Program-made: the position numbers and the translations under genes
Source of the DNA: an uncultured Anaerolineae bacterium
GTDB lineage: Bacteria > Chloroflexota > Anaerolineae > VGOG01
Length of the DNA: 56,891 nucleotides
Direction: 5' to 3'
Assembly (NCBI GenBank): GCA_964446635.1
Contig: CAYUPJ010000001.1
Location: 1-56,891 of the forward strand
The notes under the pieces: model-generated
The model's database searches: none
What the model was told of the DNA's origin: nothing
What the model saw: the letters and a program-made list of their open reading frames with translations, nothing else
In this document: positions 41,327 through 47,503 of the stretch, piece after piece
Numbering within the stretch: position 1 is the stretch's first letter
Layout of the letters: the number at the start of each line of letters is the position of its first letter

Positions 41327-42288
41327 CTGGAAACGATCTGTCCATTGTAATTGTGAACTGGAACGTACAAGAGCTCCTGAGGCGTTGCCTTCATTCCATC
41401 ATGTCCAACTTCCAACTTCCAATCCTTCGGCGGGCCTCAGGACAGGCTTCCAACTTCCAGATTGAGGTCATCGTGGTTGATAACGCTTCCTCGGATGGTA
41501 GTGTGGCGATGATAGAAGAGGAGTTTCCCCAGGTGCGACTCCTCGCTAACAGCGAGAACGTAGGCTTCACCGTGGGCAACAATCAGGGCATCGCCGTCAG
41601 CCGAGGACGATACATCCTGCTGCTGAACCCAGACACCGAGATCGTGGGCGACACCCTGCCGACGATGGTCGAGTACATGGATAATCACCCCCCAGTGGGA
41701 GCGCTGGGACCGCAGCTCCTGAACCCTGATTGGAGCATCCAGTCCTCGCGGCGCCGCTTTCCAACCATGGCTACTGCTTTCTTAGAAAGCACTATCCTGC
41801 ACCAGTGGTTCCCCGACAATGCTGTCCTGCGGCACTACTACATCCTTGACCGCCCGGACGGTGAGATACAAGAGGTGGACTGGGTCACCGGCGCTTGCTT
41901 GCTGACGCGCCGCGAGGCCATCGAAGAGGTGGGTTTATTGGACGAGGGCTTCTTCATGTACTCCGAGGAGCTGGATTGGTGCCGTCGAGCACGGGAACGA
42001 GGTTGGAAGGTGATCTACCTGCCCACGGCCAGAGTGATCCACCACGGAGCACAATCGAGCGAGCAGGTGAAATCCTTCCAGCACATCCAATTCCAGCGCA
42101 GCAAAATCCGTTATTTCCGCAAGCATCATGGCCTGTGGCAAGCGGAGGTGTTGCGATTATTCATCCTGACCACCTATCTCTACCAACTGATTGTGGAAGC
42201 GCTCAAATGGCTGGTGGGACATAAGCGCTCGCTGCGAGTGGCGAGGGCGAAAGCCTACTGGCAGGTGTTGCGGTCAGGGTTGCAATGA
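41320..42288 (+). CDS. Family 2 glycosyltransferase
   Basis: LSIVIVNWN...VIVVDNASSDGS...LLLNPD. Contains a repeat-derived insert SNFQLPILRRASGQASNFQ. Confidence 0.85.
   Translation: MEAGNDLSIVIVNWNVQELLRRCLHSIMSNFQLPILRRASGQASNFQIEVIVVDNASSDGSVAMIEEEFPQVRLLANSENVGFTVGNNQGIAVSRGRYILLLNPDTEIVGDTLPTMVEYMDNHPPVGALGPQLLNPDWSIQSSRRRFPTMATAFLESTILHQWFPDNAVLRHYYILDRPDGEIQEVDWVTGACLLTRREAIEEVGLLDEGFFMYSEELDWCRRARERGWKVIYLPTARVIHHGAQSSEQVKSFQHIQFQRSKIRYFRKHHGLWQAEVLRLFILTTYLYQLIVEALKWLVGHKRSLRVARAKAYWQVLRSGLQ
41404..41460 (+). repeat. Composite repeat inside the GT2 CDS: (TCCAACT)x3, core (41426-41446), TTCCAACTTCCAG
   Basis: tccaacttccaacttccaatcc ttcggcgggcctcaggacagg cttccaacttccag. Confidence 0.75.
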
Positions 42289-42304
42289 GAGCGAAAGGGG
42301 AACT

Positions 42305-45300
42305 ATGCCTATGAGCAAAGTGTTTCTTTCTTCGACCTGGGTGGATTTGAAAGAACATCGTCGGGCGGTAATTGAGGCCCTGGAGCGATTGCGGCACCAG
42401 GGTCTGGAAGTGGAGTGGCGGGGGATGGAATACTTCGGGGCCAAAGACGATTCCCCGGCCAACACCTGCCAGGAGGCTGTGGACTGGGCCAACGTCTACG
42501 TTGGCATCTTTGGCCTGCGCTACGGTTCCCTTGACCCCCAGCGGGGCCTCTCCATGACCGAGTTTGAATACCGCCGCGCTGTCGCCCAGGGCAAGCACCG
42601 CCTGCTCTTCCTGATTGACGAGAAGTATGCCCAGCGTACCATGGCCAGGCATGCAGAGAAGGACTCCCAGGCTCAGGCAAAGCTGCAAAAGCTCAAGGCC
42701 GATGTCCTGGATCGGTGCGTGGAGGCCCATTGCACCGACCCCGGTGACCTGGCAGCCCGGGTGGTGACCGCCCTCCAGCCATATCTCCCCCCACCAACGG
42801 GACGCGCCAGCGTTGAGGAGCCATACCTGCGCTTCCTGGTGGAGGCCGACTGTCGCTACCTGCCCCTGCGCGGCCGTGACCCCCGAGAGAGCTCCCAGGC
42901 CGGCCTGCCTCTGCGGTTGGAGAAGGTCTACATCGCCCTCAACACCACTGAGCGACCTCCTGCCTCCAGGGAAGCAGCCCGCCCAGAAGCCTTTGGGCGT
43001 GAAGAGCAGAAGCCAATCTCGGCTCTGCGGCTGACTCTGGACAACCGGTGCCTGCTTCTCCTGGGTGAGCCTGGCTCGGGCAAGTCCACCTTTGCCGAGC
43101 ATCTGGCCCTCTGTCTGGCCGGTGAGCGGTGGCAGCCGGGCAGTGGCTGGCTGAAGTGGCTGACCACGCCTGACGCCTCCTGGTCTGATCGTGCCCCCTT
43201 GCCGGTGCGTCTACGCTTGCGGGAGTTCGCCGCCGATGTGGCTCGTCTGCCCACCGACGAAGGCCTGACCGGACAGGCCGAACACCTTCTGGCCTACCTG
43301 GAGAAGACCTTGCGGGCCGGCAACTTTCACCCCAACCTGCCTGCACACGTCCTTGGACTGTTAGATCGTGGCGATGTCCTGTTGGTGCTGGACGGGCTGG
43401 ACGAGGTCAGCGACCCCAATCGCCGCCAACGGGTGGCTGAGGCCATCGCTGATCTCAGCCACCACCGCTGTAGCCGTGCCCGCATTATCGTCACCTGTCG
43501 CCTCCGCCAGTACCCGCTAGACCAGGCCGGCCGCCCTGTGGCCCCCTGGTCTCTGCCGGGGTTCCGTGCCACCACTCTGGCCGACTTTGATGCCAGTCAG
43601 GTAGACACCTTCGTGGACCTCTGGTTTGGCGAACTGTGTGACCAGAAGCGTATCACCCCCGTTCAGCGCCAGGACAAGGCCACATCACTGAAGGCAGCCA
43701 TCCGCACCCGGCCAGACCTGCGGGCCATTGCCCCGCGCCCCATCATCCTCACCCAGATGGCCATCGTACACGACGTGCGTGGCGAACTCCCTCCCACCCG
43801 CTTGCAACTCTACATGGAATGTGCTGAATTGCTGTTGTGGGAGTGGGAACGACTGCGGGCCGAACAGGCGGGCCGGCGCGAAAGCGCCGACGAGTTCATC
43901 CAACGCCTGGGCGCCCCTGGTCTACGCCGAGAACATCTGCAAAGTGCCCTGGATCACGCCGTCTACGACGCTCACGCCCAGCCCGGCCAGGCCGCTGATG
44001 CTCCGGCCAACATCACCGAGGAAATCCTGAGCAAGCACCTGACAGTTTGCCTGGAGCGCACGGGTTTGCCCCGTCACGAGGTGGTGGGCCGGGTGCAGCG
44101 GTTCATAGACGAATACTTGCGGTTGCGCAATGGTCTCATCGTCCCCGCTGGCGAGGGAACCTTTCAGACCCCCCACCGCAGTTTCCAGGAGTTCCTGGCC
44201 GCCAGGCACCTGGCGGTCAACCGCATCCGCTCCTTCACCAGCGAAGTGCCTGGATTGGTCAGGCAGAACTATGACCTGTGGCGGGAGGTCTTCTTGCTGG
44301 CGGTAGGCCAGGCCGGACTCAACAACGCTGTGGATGCCATAGACCGTCTATGCCCGTTGGCTCTACCAGAGACTCCGGACGGCTGGCAGCATCTCTGCCT
44401 GGCCGGCCGGGCTCTCGCTGAGGTGGGCCTGCCCACAGTGCGCGGCGACGAGAAGGGGCCAGGTCTGGAAGAGCGTGTCGAGCGCCTGCTCTACCACACC
44501 ATGCGGGATACCGACGAGCATGACGTGCCTCACGACCCGCCTCGCGTCCCCATCCGCACCCGCGCCGACGCTGGCGAGGTATTGGACGAGCTGCGCTCGC
44601 TGCCGAAAGACCTGGACGCCTTCCTGCCAGTGCCGGCGACCAAACCTGCCTTCTGGATGGCCCGCTATCCCGTCACCAATGCTCAGTACGAACGCTTCAT
44701 CCAGGCGGGAGGCTACGGGGAGCGACGTTGGTGGAGCGACGAGGGCTGGAAGTGGCGCCAGGGAAAACCGCGTTGGGAGTGGCAGAGGACGGATCGGCCC
44801 GATTTCTGGGATGACCCTCGCTGGAATCGAAAGAGCTACCCGGTGGTGGGCGTCACCTGGTATGAGGCGGAGGCCTACTGCAACTGGCTGACAGAGCAGA
44901 TGCGAGAAGCGGAATGCAAGATTCAGGTGGTCAATGCCAACGAGGAGATCGGCGAGCTGCGACTGGAGAACTGTCGCGTGCGGTTGCCTACGGAAGAGGA
45001 GTGGTTACTGGCTGCGCGGGGGCAGGGGAGCCGGGAGTATCCCTGGGAGGGCAGTTTCGACCCGGCCCGGGCGAATACCAGTGAGAGCAACCTGGGTAGT
45101 ACTACACCTGTAGCCATGTATCCCGCTGGAGCCAGCACGCATGGCGTCTGGGACATGGCCGGCAACGTCTGGGAGTGGACTGGGTCATGGTATGATGAGA
45201 AGACCAAAGACTCCCGTGTGTTGCGTGGCGGGTCGTGGTTCTACGATCTGGACTTCGCCCGCTGTGCGTTCCGCGACTGGGACTACCCCGACTACTCGTA

Positions 45301-45346
45301 CCTCAGCTTCGGGTTTTGGGTCGTGGTTTCCCCCGGCTCTCCCTAG
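42305..45346 (+). CDS. DUF4062-NACHT-FGE/C-type-lectin STAND NTPase (NLR-like), the DGR variable protein
   Basis: N-terminus SKVFLSSTWVDLKEHRRAV...VYVGIFGLRYG...EFEYRRAVAQGKHRLLFL. Walker A GEPGSGKST (43064-43090) and Walker B VLLVLDGLDEV. C-terminal FGE-sulfatase motifs YPVTNAQYERF, WYEAEAYCNWL, RLPTEEEW, GNVWEWT and LRGGSW. ATG 42305 follows RBS aagggga. Confidence 0.88.
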   Translation: MPMSKVFLSSTWVDLKEHRRAVIEALERLRHQGLEVEWRGMEYFGAKDDSPANTCQEAVDWANVYVGIFGLRYGSLDPQRGLSMTEFEYRRAVAQGKHRLLFLIDEKYAQRTMARHAEKDSQAQAKLQKLKADVLDRCVEAHCTDPGDLAARVVTALQPYLPPPTGRASVEEPYLRFLVEADCRYLPLRGRDPRESSQAGLPLRLEKVYIALNTTERPPASREAARPEAFGREEQKPISALRLTLDNRCLLLLGEPGSGKSTFAEHLALCLAGERWQPGSGWLKWLTTPDASWSDRAPLPVRLRLREFAADVARLPTDEGLTGQAEHLLAYLEKTLRAGNFHPNLPAHVLGLLDRGDVLLVLDGLDEVSDPNRRQRVAEAIADLSHHRCSRARIIVTCRLRQYPLDQAGRPVAPWSLPGFRATTLADFDASQVDTFVDLWFGELCDQKRITPVQRQDKATSLKAAIRTRPDLRAIAPRPIILTQMAIVHDVRGELPPTRLQLYMECAELLLWEWERLRAEQAGRRESADEFIQRLGAPGLRREHLQSALDHAVYDAHAQPGQAADAPANITEEILSKHLTVCLERTGLPRHEVVGRVQRFIDEYLRLRNGLIVPAGEGTFQTPHRSFQEFLAARHLAVNRIRSFTSEVPGLVRQNYDLWREVFLLAVGQAGLNNAVDAIDRLCPLALPETPDGWQHLCLAGRALAEVGLPTVRGDEKGPGLEERVERLLYHTMRDTDEHDVPHDPPRVPIRTRADAGEVLDELRSLPKDLDAFLPVPATKPAFWMARYPVTNAQYERFIQAGGYGERRWWSDEGWKWRQGKPRWEWQRTDRPDFWDDPRWNRKSYPVVGVTWYEAEAYCNWLTEQMREAECKIQVVNANEEIGELRLENCRVRLPTEEEWLLAARGQGSREYPWEGSFDPARANTSESNLGSTTPVAMYPAGASTHGVWDMAGNVWEWTGSWYDEKTKDSRVLRGGSWFYDLDFARCAFRDWDYPDYSYLSFGFWVVVSPGSP
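45213..45332 (+). repeat. DGR variable repeat (VR)
   Basis: 120 nt aligning to 46947-47066 with 20 mismatches, 19 of them at TR adenines. Covers the last ~40 codons of the NACHT protein. Confidence 0.9.
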
Positions 45347-45395
45347 TTCTGGTTTCTGAAATGCTGGTTTCTGGTTGCTGATTTCTGGGGGGAGT

Positions 45396-45420
45396 CTGAG
45401 GGGGGCAAAGCCCCCCTCAG
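45396..45420 (+). promoter_or_regulatory. GC-rich hairpin downstream of VR (candidate DGR target-recognition element and/or terminator)
   Basis: Perfect 11-bp stem ctgaggggggc / gcccccctcag with loop aaa. A second small hairpin, ggcgc-gaa-gcgcc, lies at 45429-45441. Confidence 0.55.
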
Positions 45421-45492
45421 AGGGTATCGGCGCGAAGCGCCGTCGCGGGTAGTGGTTTGTAAACCCTATGCTCTGCTAGAAACATAGAACTG

Positions 45493-46557
45493 ATGAAGAC
45501 ATATCGCAACCTCTATCCCCAGGTCTGGGCTTTCGAGAACCTGTACCTAGCCTACCGCAAGGCCCGCAAGGGCAAGCGAGGCCGGGAACCGGCGGCCACC
45601 TTCGAGTTTGATTGGGAGGTCAACCTGCTCCAACTCCAGCAAGAGCTGACTACCAAGACCTATCAGCCCGGCCCATACCACAGCTTCTACATCCACGAGC
45701 CCAAACGGCGTCTCGTCTCCGCCGCTCCTTTCCGTGATCGTGTCGTACACCACGCCCTCTGCAACGTCATCGAGCCCATCTTCGAGCGCCGCTTCATTCA
45801 CGACAGCTATGCCAACCGCGTGGGCAAGGGCACCCATCGAGCTTTGGATTGCTGTACTTTCTTCGCCCGGCGATACAGCTATGTACTCCAGTGCGATGTC
45901 AAACAGTTCTTCCCCAGCATTGACCATGCCATTCTGAGACGCATCCTGGCCCGCTACGTCGCCGACGAAGATGTACTGTGGCTGGCGGATCGCGTCCTGG
46001 AAAGTGGAGTAGGCATCCTTTCCGAAGAGTACGAGATGCAGTGGTTTCCGGGTGACGACCTGACGGCAGCTCTTTGCCCCCGTGGCCTGCCCATCGGCAA
46101 CCTCACCAGCCAGTTCTGGGCCAACGTCTATCTCAACGAGCTGGATCAGTTTGTCAAGCGCACCCTCAAAAGCCCAGCCTACATCCGCTATGTAGACGAT
46201 TTCCTGCTTTTCAGCGACGACAAGCTCACTCTGCATGCTTGGCGTGAGGCCATCATCAAGTTCCTGGTCAGCCTGCGCCTGCGCTTACACGAGAGCCGCG
46301 CTCAGGTCTATCCTACGACTGAGGGCATCCCCTTCCTGGGCTTCAGAGTCTACCCGACTCATCGTCGCCTGAAACGGACCAAGGGCCTTGCCTTCCAACG
46401 GAGACTGAAACGGCTCCTGGCAGCCTACGCCACCCGCGAAATCGAAAGCGAGCAACTGAACGCCTCGGTGCAGGGTTGGGTAGCTCATGCTTCCCATGGC
46501 GACACCTATGGCCTACGTCGGGCTGTGCTGGGAGCGAGTTCCATACCTCGGAGGTAA
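45493..46557 (+). CDS. DGR-type reverse transcriptase
   Basis: 354 aa. RDRVVHHAL, ANRVGKGTH, LPIGNLTSQFWANVYLNELD (46093-46113 encodes IGNLTSQ), catalytic YVDD (46189-46200). Confidence 0.9.
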   Translation: MKTYRNLYPQVWAFENLYLAYRKARKGKRGREPAATFEFDWEVNLLQLQQELTTKTYQPGPYHSFYIHEPKRRLVSAAPFRDRVVHHALCNVIEPIFERRFIHDSYANRVGKGTHRALDCCTFFARRYSYVLQCDVKQFFPSIDHAILRRILARYVADEDVLWLADRVLESGVGILSEEYEMQWFPGDDLTAALCPRGLPIGNLTSQFWANVYLNELDQFVKRTLKSPAYIRYVDDFLLFSDDKLTLHAWREAIIKFLVSLRLRLHESRAQVYPTTEGIPFLGFRVYPTHRRLKRTKGLAFQRRLKRLLAAYATREIESEQLNASVQGWVAHASHGDTYGLRRAVLGASSIPRR

Positions 46558-46561
46558 CGTC

Positions 46562-46915
46562 ATGAAGGAATCACCTATCTTCGCTCGCACCCATGACATG
46601 CTATTATGGCTCATCCCGCATACCACGAACCACTTCCCTCGATCGCAGAGATTCGTGATGGCCAAGAGGGTACAAGACAGGGCCTTGGACTTTCAGGAGC
46701 TTATCCTGGAAGCGGGACTGAGCAAAGACTCTCAGCGAGCAGAACGACTGGCCCAGGCTGACATAGAGCTGGCCAAGCTGCGTTTCCACCTGCGACTGTG
46801 TCATGAAATGAGACTGTTCTCGCTGGGACAGTATGAGCATGTCGCCCGCATGGTGGCCGAGATCGGTCGGCTGCTGGGTGGGTGGCGCGAATCAGCGGCA
46901 ACACCGGCGGATTGA
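46562..46915 (+). CDS. avd: Avd-like accessory variability determinant (four-helix-bundle protein)
   Basis: 117 aa. FPRSQRFVMAKRVQDRALDF...LRFHLRLCHEMRL...IGRLLGGW resembles the Avd / 23S-IVS protein family. ATG 46562 follows RBS ggagg. Confidence 0.8.
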   Translation: MKESPIFARTHDMLLWLIPHTTNHFPRSQRFVMAKRVQDRALDFQELILEAGLSKDSQRAERLAQADIELAKLRFHLRLCHEMRLFSLGQYEHVARMVAEIGRLLGGWRESAATPAD

Positions 46916-46946
46916 ACGCCATATTGTGGGGGCAGACCGAAGGAGA

Positions 46947-47066
46947 CCCGTGTGTTGCGTGGCGGGTCGTGGAACAACAATCAGAACAACGCCCGCTGTG
47001 CGTACCGCAACAGGAACAACCCCGACAACTCGAACAACAACATCGGGTTTCGGGTCGTGGTTTCCC
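46947..47066 (+). repeat. DGR template repeat (TR)
   Basis: Adenine-rich. Read in the VR frame it carries 11 AAC codons (NNNQNN..NRNN..N.NNNI). Noncoding, starting 31 nt after the avd stop. Confidence 0.9.
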
Positions 47067-47198
47067 ACGATCCTCTACACTGGCCAGGAATACCGCACGC
47101 CCAAGGGTTTGCGGTCGAGGCCGCAAAGGAGAGCCGGCGTGGTCTGTTTCCCGGCCGACGGTTGAGCTCTGGTCTGACCGTCGGGCAAATACACAATA

Positions 47199-47254
47199 GC
47201 CCCGCCCCCTGTGGTAGGTCTGAGCCTGTGGAGGACCGAAGCCTGGGGCGGGGC
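47199..47254 (+). ncRNA. Structured GC-rich region downstream of TR (candidate DGR RNA spacer element)
   Basis: 10-bp stem gccccgcccc (47199-47208) / ggggcggggc (47245-47254) enclosing ~36 nt. No convincing ORF. Confidence 0.35.
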
Positions 47255-47322
47255 ACCCTTGCAAAGCAGGCACCCTTTGGTCGAATTCCATTTCAATTGT
47301 AGCACAACAAAAGCGGAACCTA

Positions 47323-47503
47323 TGAAAGCCTGTCTAATCACCGGCGAATTCCCACCCATGCAAGGCGGCGTGGGCGATTTCCTAACGAGCTGGGTAAGGT
47401 GTTGGCAAAGCTGGGAGTTGAGGTCAGCGTCGCTACTCTGGCGCGTATCGCCGCCTACCGACAGGTGCGGCGGAGCAGGCTGCAACCCTGGAGAATAGAA
47501 GTG
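47323..47503 (+). pseudogene. 5' remnant of a GT4 glycosyltransferase paralogue (frameshifted)
   Basis: MKACLITGEFPPMQGGVGDF compared with MRIVLISGEFPPLQGGVGDF at 50007. After a 1-nt frame change it continues NELGKVLAKLGVEVSV, compared with NELGKALAELGHEVHV, and then loses similarity. Confidence 0.6.

Larger units (their letters stand above)
45213..47066 (+). mobile_element. Diversity-generating retroelement core (VR, RT, avd, TR)
   Basis: Co-linear VR, DGR-type RT, Avd-like four-helix-bundle ORF, and TR. Confidence 0.88.

Noticed and set aside
45493-46557. Alternative interpretations of the RT as a group II intron or retron RT
   Set aside because: It has no maturase/endonuclease extension and no intron RNA domains. 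There is no msr/msd-like inverted repeat upstream. The IGNLTSQ motif, the adjacent Avd-like gene and the TR/VR pair are DGR-specific.
46952-47302. 116-aa ORF MLRGGSWNNNQNNARCAYRNRNN...
   Set aside because: This is the DGR template repeat read in the VR frame and continued into noncoding DNA. It has no RBS, and the Asn-rich tract is the AAC-codon template, not a protein.
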